NCBI GenBank assembly: GCA_963682135.1 | Contig: OY821645.1 | Coordinates: 2,944,001 to 3,008,000 of the forward strand | Length of the DNA: 64,000 nucleotides | Direction: 5' to 3' | Origin: Methanothrix sp. | Lineage (GTDB): Archaea > Halobacteriota > Methanosarcinia > Methanotrichales > Methanotrichaceae | In this document: positions 28,203 to 38,961 of the stretch, one piece after another | How positions within the stretch are numbered: position 1 is the stretch's first letter | How the letters are laid out: every line of letters begins with the position of its first letter | Notes under the pieces: model-generated | What the model was told of the DNA's origin: nothing | The model's input: only the letters and a program-made list of their open reading frames with translations | The model's database searches: none | Position numbers and translations under genes: made by a program

Positions 28203-28400
28203 TTATGCGATCGGGCCGGAAGACGCAAACGCGCGCATGTACTTCAGGTTGCGAGGTGAAAGCCCCTGCATCTCCGGGAAGTCCACCCAAAGTTCTGTGG
28301 ATAGTCGGTCGATCACCTTAGCTCCCCATCCTTCGCTCTGCCGTCTCTCAAAGATCATGCACCCAATATTCCAGAAAAGCCGCGCTTTCAAGGAGTTGGC
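28203..28400 (-). pseudogene. DUF1016 (YhcG-like) N-terminal fragment
   Basis: LFWNIG..GWGAKVIDRLS.EL..FPEMQGLSPRNLKYMRAFA, then truncated. Confidence 0.8.
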
Positions 28401-28505
28401 GACTATGACCACATGTAGGAAGCCTAATTGGATCCGCTATTTGATCTGATGGAAAAGATGCAACAGAACGGCTTTCTGTTTTCAGGCAAAACCGACGAAG
28501 ACATC

Positions 28506-29063
28506 TCAGCATATCGTCGAGCTGTCCTGTCGCGGGATGCTTTTGTTCAGTTTGGCATACAAGTACTGGTCGAGGATTCTCCCATCCTTGAAGACGGAAG
28601 CCCTGATAATCCCCTCAAGGGTAAAACCAGCTTTTTCAAGCACCCTGGCTGAAGCGGCATTTGTGGTGTATGGTTCTGCGAAGATTCGGTGAAAGCCAAG
28701 CTCTGCAAAGGCATATTCGCTCAGTGCTCCTATCGCGGCTGTCATGATTCCATTGCCCCAGAAAGGCTCTGCAAGCCAATATCCCAGCTGCGCAGTGAAT
28801 CGATGAACATCAATCCCAGGCATCAGACCGATGCTGCCAATGGCCTCATGATCGGATGCAATTACAAAATAGGTTCTGGGCTCCATTTGCATAACTCTGG
28901 ATAGAAACGCTTCTGCATCTGCCAGCCTGTAAGGATGAGCAAACTTATCTCGAAGGTAAATCCAGATCTTTCTGTTGTTGGCATAATGAGCTATTGATGC
29001 AGCATCGTCCTCGCGCCAATCTCGAATCACGTACTTGTCGATCTTGATATGCACGATGGGCAT
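28506..29063 (-). CDS. RimJ/RimL-like GNAT acetyltransferase
   Basis: LGYWLAEPFWGNGIMT, N.ASARVLEKAGF.LEG. Confidence 0.92.
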   Translation of the reverse strand: MPIVHIKIDKYVIRDWREDDAASIAHYANNRKIWIYLRDKFAHPYRLADAEAFLSRVMQMEPRTYFVIASDHEAIGSIGLMPGIDVHRFTAQLGYWLAEPFWGNGIMTAAIGALSEYAFAELGFHRIFAEPYTTNAASARVLEKAGFTLEGIIRASVFKDGRILDQYLYAKLNKSIPRQDSSTIC

Positions 29064-29121
29064 CCTGCACCTGCCAGCTCCAATCCGGCGAGCCAGATAT
29101 TAGTATTAGTTGATAATTGTT

Positions 29122-29430
29122 GCGAGTGAGGAGAGTAAGCCCCCTTCTGTTCTTTGACGGCATTCAGCTTAGCGCCATACCCGAGCTTGGCTGGACGTCC
29201 GTGATTTCAGCTCTATTTTGGCTTGCACCCACAGGGTTTCGCCGTTTCATCCGCTTCCCGCGCGACCTTCAGCCTTGCGGCATCATCGCTTTAACGCGGA
29301 GCGGTCTCGTTTCTGTGCCAGAGCCGGAGCTCTCGCCCCACATCATTTGAGATGTCTGTGTGTCCAGTGGTGGAGGGACTTTCCACACCGGCCGGAATTG
29401 GCCAGCGGCAGCCGCCCTTCCTCTCTCGCT
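29122..29430 (-). ncRNA. rnpB: Archaeal RNase P RNA
   Basis: Minus strand has GGAAAGTCC (CR-I), ACAGAAAC, TGAAACGGC, GTGCAAG and ACAGAAGGGGGCTTA (CR-V), with terminal pairing GCGAG..CTCGC. Confidence 0.92.
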
Positions 29431-29530
29431 GCAACATAGGTCCATGGCGCGGTTTATAACGCCTTCGCTTCTCATGGCCGCAAGTCCTCGGGGGCAAATC
29501 TTTATCACAGGACCGATCTTTTAACCACAA

Positions 29531-30301
29531 ATGGCCCGAGATCAAAAAGACTACTATTATCGACTGGCAAAACAGGAGGGCTACAGAGCCCGATCCGCCT
29601 ATAAGCTGCTACAGATCAATGAGAAGTTTAACGTCATCAAGCGAGGGGACAGCGTGGTTGATCTGGGAGCTGCGCCCGGCGGCTGGCTGCAGGTGGCTGC
29701 CAAGCTTTCCGGCGGTAGCATAGTGGGCGTAGACCTGGAGGGCATTGCGCCCATCCCAGGTGTGAAGACCTTTGTGGCGGACATAACCCATGAGAGCACC
29801 GTAGATCTGGTGAAGGATGCCCTGGGAGGGGAAGCGGATGTGGTGATCTGCGATGCTGCGCCTAATCTCACCGGAGCCTGGCACAGAGATCATGCCGTCT
29901 CCGTCGACTTAGCCCGATCGGCGCTCAAAATCGCCAAGAAGCTTCTGCGGCCCCGGGGAAATTTCGTGGTCAAGGTCTTTCAGGGTGACCTGTTCCTGGA
30001 CTATCTGAACGAGGTTCGAAAAGAGTTCTCATCTGTCCATGCCCACTCGCCGCTTGCATCCAGAAAGGAGAGCGCTGAGACCTATGTCGTGGCCAAAAAG
30101 CTGCTCACAAGCCCAGTGAGGAGAGGCGATATGCTGGACGTGGAGATCGAGTATTTGGGTAAATCGGGAGACGGTGTAGCCATAGTGGAAGGCTTCGCGA
30201 TCATTGTGCGCAAAGCACAGAAGGGCGAGAGGCTGCGGGTGAAAATCGATGCTGTGAAGCCCAATTTTGCCTTCGCCGATATATTGGAGAGAAAGGGTTA
30301 A
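29531..30301 (+). CDS. rlmE: 23S rRNA Um2552 methyltransferase RlmE with C-terminal TRAM domain
   Basis: GYRARSAYKL, DLGAAPGGW, SRKESAETY; TRAM GKSGDGVA. Confidence 0.95.
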   Translation: MARDQKDYYYRLAKQEGYRARSAYKLLQINEKFNVIKRGDSVVDLGAAPGGWLQVAAKLSGGSIVGVDLEGIAPIPGVKTFVADITHESTVDLVKDALGGEADVVICDAAPNLTGAWHRDHAVSVDLARSALKIAKKLLRPRGNFVVKVFQGDLFLDYLNEVRKEFSSVHAHSPLASRKESAETYVVAKKLLTSPVRRGDMLDVEIEYLGKSGDGVAIVEGFAIIVRKAQKGERLRVKIDAVKPNFAFADILERKG

Positions 30302-30343
30302 TAACCTGCCCAAGAAAAACAGAGGGAAGGCAGGGGCGATGCT

Positions 30344-30619
30344 ATGGAAGACAATGCCGTGATTTTCGTTGGTGACAAACCAGTCATGAACTATGTTCTC
30401 GCCGTAATGACCCAGTTCAACAAGCCGGTCTCCACAGTAACGCTGAAGGCCAGGGGACGAGCCATCTCCCGGGCAGTGGATGCGGCAGAGATCACACGGA
30501 ATCGATTTATGCTCAACGTAGTTGTCAAAAACATAACCATCGGCACGGAGTCCATCCCCAGCGAGGATGGCAAGACGGTGAATGTATCTTCAATGGAGAT
30601 CTTGCTGGCCAAGACCTGA
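30344..30619 (+). CDS. albA: DNA/RNA-binding protein Alba
   Basis: [33 protein letters not shown]. Confidence 0.95.
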   Translation: MEDNAVIFVGDKPVMNYVLAVMTQFNKPVSTVTLKARGRAISRAVDAAEITRNRFMLNVVVKNITIGTESIPSEDGKTVNVSSMEILLAKT

Positions 30620-30631
30620 TTTAGATTAATA

Positions 30632-31369
30632 TTATTTCACAATCACGCAGGCATTCTCATCAAACGGATTAGTTCTCATTGCCAGGGAGAATAGATAGGG
30701 ATAATTCGAATTGAGATATCTCATGTATGCCATCCACTCCATAACCAGCAGGAAATATGCTCTTTCAATGTCGCCGGCAAGATGCCGGTAATCGGAATCC
30801 GGTTGACCTTGAAAGTCCCGGCGAAGCTCCAGTTCCTCCGTCAAGTGGAATACAGATCGAAGCAAATTGGTGAAGCTCTCATTCTCCAGCAATAGGGGGT
30901 TTTCCAGCAGTCTCAGGGAAAAGCTCCTCTTGGAACTCAAATAAGCGGAGAGAGCCTTCATATCTATCTTTTTTATATCGATGCTGTAATTGTGATTTCT
31001 AAATTTGTCCTGCACCCGAATAAATTCCTCTTCGGACCACTGGTCGATCTTCACAAGATCCCCGCTAAGTTTGCATAGGTTAGGATCATTATCGGAAAAA
31101 TAGGTCAGGAGCCAGGTTCCGATCTCGCTAAAAAAAACGCCCACTACTATGTTCATCTTCTCCAGTCTATTCTGTCTGGATCGATTGGCAAGCAGCCTAT
31201 TGAGAATTATGGTTACCAGCAGTACATTTAGGGGCAAATATCCCAGAGAGTTGAAGAGATAATTGAAGATATTTTGAGCATCACCACTAATCAGGTATTT
31301 TGCGCTGTAGATTGCAATGGACAGCAGAATCAAGATTGTACCAAGGCGCGCTTCCCAGCTCAGCTTCAT
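30632..31369 (-). CDS. Conserved membrane protein (2 N-terminal TM helices)
   Basis: EKMNIVVGVFFSEIG..LLENP.LLE.E.FT..YPYLFSLAMRTNPF. Confidence 0.75.
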   Translation of the reverse strand: MKLSWEARLGTILILLSIAIYSAKYLISGDAQNIFNYLFNSLGYLPLNVLLVTIILNRLLANRSRQNRLEKMNIVVGVFFSEIGTWLLTYFSDNDPNLCKLSGDLVKIDQWSEEEFIRVQDKFRNHNYSIDIKKIDMKALSAYLSSKRSFSLRLLENPLLLENESFTNLLRSVFHLTEELELRRDFQGQPDSDYRHLAGDIERAYFLLVMEWMAYMRYLNSNYPYLFSLAMRTNPFDENACVIVK

Positions 31370-31490
31370 TTCCTTCGCTCTTCTCCAAGGGTTAATGTTC
31401 CCAATTTATTGTCAAAAGCTAAGAACGTATCGATATAGAGCATCGATATCTTTACCTACAATAAATCACCACTGGAAAATTGGTGATTAT

Positions 31491-31889
31491 ATGTTTCCAG
31501 GACTTGGAGGATTAGGCGGAAGGGGCGGCATGAGCCCCAAGAAGATGAAAGGCATGTTGAAGAACATGGGCATCAATATCGAGGAGCTGGAGAACGTCTC
31601 CGAGGTTGTCATTCACATGCCCGACAGGGAGATTGTCATATCCAATCCTTCTGTCGCGATCATGGACTCACATGGCACACGAAGCTATCAGATATCCGGC
31701 GACGAGTCTGAGCGCGCGCCATCTGGGGTGGCACCGCAAACTGTAGCCGAGCCTCCAGTTGAGATTTTGGACTCGGACGTGCAGCTGGTAGCAGCTCAAA
31801 CGGGCGCGAGTCTGCCGGAGGCAAAAGCTGCCTTGCAGGAGGCCAAAGGAGACCTGGCGGCTTCCATAATAAAGCTCTCATCAAAATAG
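31491..31889 (+). CDS. nac: Nascent polypeptide-associated complex protein
   Basis: MSPKKMKGMLKNMGI..YQISG; C-terminal UBA DVQLVA.QTG..A..AL..GDLA. Confidence 0.92.
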   Translation: MFPGLGGLGGRGGMSPKKMKGMLKNMGINIEELENVSEVVIHMPDREIVISNPSVAIMDSHGTRSYQISGDESERAPSGVAPQTVAEPPVEILDSDVQLVAAQTGASLPEAKAALQEAKGDLAASIIKLSSK

Positions 31890-31892
31890 GTT

Positions 31893-33632
31893 ATGTCCTG
31901 CACCATTCGCGACCCAGTTCATGGTGCCATTCAGATCGATGAGCTTGAGCGCCTTCTCATCCTGTCCCGACCGCTGCAGCGACTGAAGGGGATTAAGCAG
32001 CTCGGTCTGGTGGAGACGGTCTATCCAGGGGCGACACATAGCAGATTCGAGCATTCTCTGGGAACCATGTACATGGCCGGACGGATGGCTGAGCACCTGG
32101 CTCTCTCCAGAGATGAGATACGAAAAGTGCGCCTCGCCGGGCTCTTGCACGACCTGGGGCACTCGGCACTATCTCATGCGGTGGAGGGCGTTCTTCGCCG
32201 AAACCCGGACATACAGCCCACTCTGTTCGGTAGACCTGCTTCCAGACACGAAGAGTTCACCCGTCAGATCATAACGGCTCATCCCTTTGGAGAGAAAGCT
32301 GTGCAGGTTGCAGAGAGGGATTTCACCAGTGCCGATGAATTATTTCTAGAGGTCGCGGATATTGCTTCCGGAAAAAGGCCCCCTCTTGGCCAGATCATTG
32401 TGGGCGATCTGGATGCGGACAGAATCGACTTTCTCTTGCGCGATTCGCATCATTCGGGCGTTTCCCTGGGTCTCATAGATACCGACCAGATACTGCAATC
32501 TCTGACCATCAGCAATGGTCGGATTGTGCTGGCGGGCGATGGCGACTATCGGGCCGAGATGTCCCATACAGCAGCAGAGTCGATGCTCATTGCCCGGTCT
32601 CATCACTATAATGCACTTATCTACCATCCAACGGTTCAGTCCATCCGGGCCATGCTTCTGGCTGCATTGGAGCGTGCCTTGAGCCGGATGGATGGCGATG
32701 AGGCTAAACGCAGCATTATTCTATTCTTCCAGGAGTATACGGACCCCGATCTTCTGGAATTTATCCGGCGCAGAGGAGACAGCACATCTCAAGATCTTCT
32801 GGAGCGCATAAAATATGGCAGAGAATTTCCTCTGGCTGCCAGATTCGACCACAGCACATTGCCGCCGGATATCAGAATGGCCCTCTCCACGATCTCCCGA
32901 CATGGACACATGAGAAAACTCTTCGAGGACGCTCTCGGCAAGAAATACGGGGCACTTGTCGATGTCACTGTGGGCAGCGGAGTGCCACGATCCATGAGAA
33001 CAGAGGCAAACGGATTTTTTTATGACGAGTCGGCTCTGGCTTCGGGTCTGGTAAAATCCTTGACCCGCCAGATTGCGATATCTTTTTTTTCCGACGATAA
33101 GAGGGAGATCTCACTCTCAGAGGTGAAGAGCCAAGCTCAGCGATTACTCAGCTTCATTCGAGACGAGAGCTATCTTCCCATTGACGGGCTGTTGCTCCTG
33201 TTTTATACCCTGCATCAGATGCTTTCCGAGACCTATGGCCAGAAGATCCTCGTTCCCAGGATCAGAAACATAACCTGGCTCTACCGGACCGTGGCCAGGA
33301 TAAAGGATCTGGGGCAGGCCGGACTCTCCGGTCTTTTTGACTACTCGTTTCATTCCGATTATGGTTTTCCCTACAGCGAGAAGCTATTCGAGGACATTCA
33401 GATCCTGGTGGCGGGCGGCATGATCTATCAGGACGAGCGGCACTATGAACTGAACGGACGGTGGCTACAGCGATACGAGTACATGCTCACGGCTGACGGC
33501 ACAAAGTACGCCGAAAATGTGGCCATATCTTACGGCAAAGAAGCAGAGGCACTGGCCAATCACCTTCGACTGGAGAAGCACACCATTCCTTATGATGTGG
33601 TGAGCCTCTATCTCAAGAGATATATTGGATAA
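31893..33632 (+). CDS. HD-domain phosphohydrolase (dNTPase/YwfO-like) with long C-terminal wHTH-like extension
   Basis: RDPVHG, QRLKGIKQLG, HSRFEHSLG, LLHDLGH, DADRIDFLLRD. Confidence 0.88.
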   Translation: MSCTIRDPVHGAIQIDELERLLILSRPLQRLKGIKQLGLVETVYPGATHSRFEHSLGTMYMAGRMAEHLALSRDEIRKVRLAGLLHDLGHSALSHAVEGVLRRNPDIQPTLFGRPASRHEEFTRQIITAHPFGEKAVQVAERDFTSADELFLEVADIASGKRPPLGQIIVGDLDADRIDFLLRDSHHSGVSLGLIDTDQILQSLTISNGRIVLAGDGDYRAEMSHTAAESMLIARSHHYNALIYHPTVQSIRAMLLAALERALSRMDGDEAKRSIILFFQEYTDPDLLEFIRRRGDSTSQDLLERIKYGREFPLAARFDHSTLPPDIRMALSTISRHGHMRKLFEDALGKKYGALVDVTVGSGVPRSMRTEANGFFYDESALASGLVKSLTRQIAISFFSDDKREISLSEVKSQAQRLLSFIRDESYLPIDGLLLLFYTLHQMLSETYGQKILVPRIRNITWLYRTVARIKDLGQAGLSGLFDYSFHSDYGFPYSEKLFEDIQILVAGGMIYQDERHYELNGRWLQRYEYMLTADGTKYAENVAISYGKEAEALANHLRLEKHTIPYDVVSLYLKRYIG

Positions 33633-33690
33633 ATTATTCGTCCGGCAGGCAGCTTGTACGATTTGCCTGCCATCCGAAAAAAAGTTGGTC

Positions 33691-34161
33691 TCAGTTCATC
33701 TGGTGCTGCTTGTATGGAGACTGCTCGTAAGTCTCGACCGGAGCGGATGGGGACCATGCATCATTTAAGAACTGATAGATGCTCTCGCCTGTCCAGGCTA
33801 CCGTCTTGTCCTTTCCGGCAGCACTGGCAGTGTAAACAGGAGAAGAGGCCGCAGGTGAGGTATAATTATCTTTCAGGAAATCATAAATGGCATAGTTGGA
33901 GCTGTTCAGGGTGGTGTTGTTACCTGTCATGTTCCTTTGTACACCGGTAGACTGGCTTGCCAGAGGAGCGACGAATGTGCTCGGCGTCCAGCTATCATTG
34001 ATGAAAGCGGCCATAGATGGTGTAGTCAGCAGTGATGATTCAGCCGGTGACGGCATAGCAGCAAGATCATCCTTTAAAACTGTCGAAGGAAGGGCTATAA
34101 CAGCAGGCAATAGCCCACCAAGAGCTACCAGAGCAAATAGCACAAGTATAATATGTCTCAT
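33691..34161 (-). CDS. Secreted low-complexity protein with three F-[IL]-x-D-x-[WY]-[TS]-(S)-P repeats
   Basis: Signal peptide MRHIILVLFALVAL..; FINDSWTP, FLKDNYTSP, FLNDAWSP. Confidence 0.65.
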   Translation of the reverse strand: MRHIILVLFALVALGGLLPAVIALPSTVLKDDLAAMPSPAESSLLTTPSMAAFINDSWTPSTFVAPLASQSTGVQRNMTGNNTTLNSSNYAIYDFLKDNYTSPAASSPVYTASAAGKDKTVAWTGESIYQFLNDAWSPSAPVETYEQSPYKQHQMN

Positions 34162-34252
34162 GGCGTTTGCATTATCCCTCAGGTATCCATAAAGCTTTCC
34201 GTCGGTAAGGCCAGTCTCGGGCAATGAAATATATGAAAATGGATAATAATTT

Positions 34253-35233
34253 CTAAGCGCCTTCATTCTCATTGATATCGTTTTTTTCCTCAGCAGGGTC
34301 TTGCAGGACTTTCAGCTGCGTCGTGGTCGCCTCCGGGTGCTCCATCAGGTATACGGCCACATCTTTGCGGTGCACCAGCCGGCAGTTGATGCAGCTCCAA
34401 AACCTCTTTCCTTTCTTGGTTCTCACATACCCGCCAAGCTCTTCATCCTTGCAGGGATATAAGGGGCAAAAGCAGTGCGTGCAGTCCTGATCAGAGAAAT
34501 GATGACAGGGATAATACTGGCAATTTTCTTTGCCTGTTGCTTCTGCAGGTAGGTCGGCTACCTCCCGAATAAGGCAGGGGTTATCGGTCACCAGTCCATC
34601 AGCTCCCAATCGGAAGAGCCAGCTCGCCTCTTCTCTGCTATTGACGGTCCAGGGAAAGACCGCGATTGCCCGCTGATGAGCTTCTTTGAAGAGTCTGGCA
34701 TTGACTCGCTTTGGAAAAATGGCCGTCGCTTTTGCCATAATGGCCAATTGAACTGGATTTATGGGCAGCGATGAGATGATGATACCTGTCTTCAGATCCG
34801 AAATGTCTGATAGCTCGCGCAGGCTGTCATGATAAAAGGAGGTCACAATGCTTTTTTTGCCCTGGAGAGCTTCAGCCACCAGCCCTTCCAGTCCTTCTTC
34901 CTTCATCTCCACCACCAGGCCCAGGCCAAGCTCCCCGGCCAGAATGATGGCCTCTTTTAGTGTTGCAATTCTTTGGTTTTCCACACTCCGGCCGGTTAGG
35001 TCTAACACATCGAGGGCTTTTAGCTCCACCAGGCTGAGTTCTTCAACCAAGCCGTTGCCATTGGTAGTCCTGTCCACCCTTTCATCATGCATCAAAACCA
35101 GCTCGCCGTCGCGAGATAGCCTTACATCCAGCTCTACATAGTCTGCTTTGCACAAAGCGGCGGCCCTGATGCCTTCCAGAGTATTCTCCGCGGCGCTGGC
35201 GGCAGCCCCCCTGTGACCTATAACTAAAGCCAT
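34253..35233 (-). CDS. Glycerophosphodiester phosphodiesterase with C-terminal cysteine-rich small domain
   Basis: IGHRGA..ENT, ELDV..D..LVLMHD..RTT; CQYYPCH..DCTHCFCPLYPC..WSC..C..H. Confidence 0.88.
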   Translation of the reverse strand: MALVIGHRGAAASAAENTLEGIRAAALCKADYVELDVRLSRDGELVLMHDERVDRTTNGNGLVEELSLVELKALDVLDLTGRSVENQRIATLKEAIILAGELGLGLVVEMKEEGLEGLVAEALQGKKSIVTSFYHDSLRELSDISDLKTGIIISSLPINPVQLAIMAKATAIFPKRVNARLFKEAHQRAIAVFPWTVNSREEASWLFRLGADGLVTDNPCLIREVADLPAEATGKENCQYYPCHHFSDQDCTHCFCPLYPCKDEELGGYVRTKKGKRFWSCINCRLVHRKDVAVYLMEHPEATTTQLKVLQDPAEEKNDINENEGA

Positions 35234-35318
35234 TGACCCTAAAACGTCTGCAAAATATATCACTTTTTGCATAAAGCTGGCAAAGGATTATACTTGCGGA
35301 GAGACAAGGGTAGATTGA

Positions 35319-36458
<1,140 letters not shown>

Positions 36459-36545
36459 GATATGCAACAGCTTTATTATTACTGGATAAGAGTGTAGATT
36501 GATATGGAGGGATAGATAACGAATTGCAGATCGCAAAACGTCTCC

Positions 36546-37013
36546 TTGGCTCTGGTCACCCTGGCACTGATTTGTACTTTAATGACGCCTGCCTATGCCG
36601 GAGCAAATGAAACCTCTACTGATTGGTTCATGAAGGGTCTTGAGCTTTATAACGATGATAAAATCGATGAATCACTGCAGGCCTATAATAGGGCTCTCGA
36701 ACTGGACCCAAATGATTCTGAGGCCTGGAACAATAAAGGAATTGACGAGGGTCTTTTGGGAAAGTATGACGATGCGCTGGTATCTTTTGGGAATGCGGTG
36801 GCCATAAATGAGTCTTATGCCGAGGCTTGGTACAATATGGGTGTGATTTATGATTTTAAAGAATACTATGGTTCTGCCGTCCAGGCATACAAGAGAGCCA
36901 CCCAGCTAAATCCCTCCTATCAGAAAGCCCTGGTGAGGAGAAATGTCGATACGGATGTCGTAATGGCCCGTTCGCTCTCCTGCGCCTGTCAGGATCCGAT
37001 AATTTTGGTCTAG
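36546..37013 (+). CDS. Secreted TPR protein
   Basis: Signal peptide plus TPRs (AWNNKG, AWYNMG). Confidence 0.82.
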   Translation: MALVTLALICTLMTPAYAGANETSTDWFMKGLELYNDDKIDESLQAYNRALELDPNDSEAWNNKGIDEGLLGKYDDALVSFGNAVAINESYAEAWYNMGVIYDFKEYYGSAVQAYKRATQLNPSYQKALVRRNVDTDVVMARSLSCACQDPIILV

Positions 37014-37084
37014 CCCTACTCATTGCTTTGTGAGAGCTTTCTTGAAAGGCCTCACATTTTTTTTTGCGCTGATTATGGCTATTT

Positions 37085-37279
37085 TTACAGGCCGCTCATT
37101 CCTATCGGTATCTGGCTGATATCTCCCACTCCTGTCAAGATTCTATCCGCATCCTCGCGCACATCATGGTACATCGATTTTTGGGATGATGCCGGAATTG
37201 GGATCTCTTTCGCCTTCGTCATGGTGGCATTTGTCTCAAAATCAGATCGCAAAGAGACTTTACCATTGCTCACCTGCAA
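37085..37279 (-). pseudogene. Short ORF or remnant paralogous to the C-terminus of the upstream secreted protein
   Basis: DVREDADRILTGVGDISQIPI vs DIHQYADKVQTGVGDISGIPI; an in-frame stop lies about 10 codons upstream of the TTG. Confidence 0.5.
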
Positions 37280-37332
37280 AATGCTGCGGGTGCAAGAAAA
37301 ATAAAATTAAAGCTTTGCACATGCGGAATAAT

Positions 37333-38019
37333 TTAGATAGGTATGCCGCTGATATCTCCCACCCCGGTCTGGACCTTATCTGCGTACTGGTGAATGTCAA
37401 CAAACCTTGAGACTGGTTTCGCCGGCTCTGCCGTCTGCTCTGCAGTTGTATTCGTGGCAGACTTGTCCTCAACAGCAGCAGGGGTCTCGACTTTGGTCTC
37501 CTCGATGATGGCAGGGGAGTAACTGGAGACCTCCGGGCTGACCCACAAGGCGCTGAAGTTGCCGCTGCCTACCTTCTTTCCTCCGCTGATCTGGGTGAAG
37601 TTGCCTACGATGGTATCATCGGCATATATTCCGGTCATCTTGGTGGTGACAAGCTCTTTGTCCTTCTGAGCGGTCAATGTCAGAGTTATCTCGTTTTCTG
37701 CGACTGAACCGAGGACATCCGCATTCCAGGCCTTTCCACCTTCCGGCTCGTACTTGGCCTGGCCGTACAGCTCGTTTCCTTCCTGATTGAGGACCATGGT
37801 AATGGGATCAATCTCAATGCCTGTAAAAGACCAGATGTAGTTGAGATTGGGCCCGGCAGCCGCCTGCGATGCATTGACATCGGCCGTATCGTTCGACGGG
37901 ATACTCTCATTTGTCGAGCCGGTCTCAGAAATGCTCGTATTGTTGTCGATCTGGCCAAGAGACAGGCCGGTGAAGAGGGATACAAGCAGTAGGGAAAGAA
38001 TTATGCTTCTTTTATTCAT
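37333..38019 (-). CDS. Secreted hypothetical protein (beta-rich domain, N-glycosylation sequons)
   Basis: Signal peptide MNKRSIILSLLLVSLF..; several NxS/T sites. Confidence 0.78.
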   Translation of the reverse strand: MNKRSIILSLLLVSLFTGLSLGQIDNNTSISETGSTNESIPSNDTADVNASQAAAGPNLNYIWSFTGIEIDPITMVLNQEGNELYGQAKYEPEGGKAWNADVLGSVAENEITLTLTAQKDKELVTTKMTGIYADDTIVGNFTQISGGKKVGSGNFSALWVSPEVSSYSPAIIEETKVETPAAVEDKSATNTTAEQTAEPAKPVSRFVDIHQYADKVQTGVGDISGIPI

Positions 38020-38171
38020 AATATGCCTCCGATATATTTCTACCTTTCAGCGATAGGCTTTTCGTCATTTGCCTACAACGCCCTCCTGTCTAACCTCCTC
38101 CTTTATAAGCTTTTCACACATACCATCAATTAATAAATACATAATTCAATTGATTATCAGGTGAATTTGCT

Positions 38172-38474
38172 TTGAATAGTGGCCGACTTCTCGTTAAGAT
38201 AAATCGAATCTGCGCCTGGATGCTTCTCATCTTCATGATCATCTTCCTTATCTCAGGATATGCCTGGTGGAACAGGACATTGCTTCCTTTGAAGGATGCC
38301 ATATATATGCACACCAATCTGGACCTATTCCTGGTATTTTTCTTCCTGATGCATGTGCTTATCAGCATCAGATTTGCATTGGCGCGCTGGAGGGTGGGCC
38401 ATGCTCAGATGGTTAATTTGCTGCTTATCGCGATCGGTATTCTCTCTTTCTGGTCCATCCTTAGCATTCGGTGA
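38172..38474 (+). CDS. Small 3-TM membrane protein with His residues
   Basis: Hydrophobic segments; H in YMHT and LMHV. Confidence 0.6.
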   Translation: MNSGRLLVKINRICAWMLLIFMIIFLISGYAWWNRTLLPLKDAIYMHTNLDLFLVFFFLMHVLISIRFALARWRVGHAQMVNLLLIAIGILSFWSILSIR

Positions 38475-38592
38475 AATATCCTGCCAACTTCGTCCAGTCC
38501 CGAGTTCGGGACTGCACAGGCATAAAGGACGAGAGAAAGCTTAAATTAGGTATGAGTAGTAACACAGATTTAAATAAAACAGGAGATAAGCT

Positions 38593-38847
38593 ATGAACCG
38601 AATACCAATTGGGGCTGCAATTCTTGCTATAATTATATCGTGTTCTCTGGGAATTGCTTTCGGTGAGATTGGAGCCGTTCAAACCAAGAACGCCGCAGAT
38701 AACTCGACAGGTGATTCTACAGAAAATGCATCAGTTAAAACAGGAAACATATCCATAAACGTCATAGGAAATTTGACAATAAGTGCGGCAGGCAATGCGA
38801 CAATCAATATGATATTCAATAATCTAACGAGCATCCAATGTGACTGA
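38593..38847 (+). CDS. Small secreted protein
   Basis: Signal peptide, Asn-rich; AGGAGA RBS. Confidence 0.55.
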   Translation: MNRIPIGAAILAIIISCSLGIAFGEIGAVQTKNAADNSTGDSTENASVKTGNISINVIGNLTISAAGNATINMIFNNLTSIQCD

Positions 38848-38961
38848 TCCAGTCAAAGCAGAGTATACTGCCTGAAATCAAGAGATATATTAATATTAAA
38901 AAAATCCTGCGCCCTTCTGGACACAGGATACTGACACAGGATCCTTTCGATTGCCGAATGC

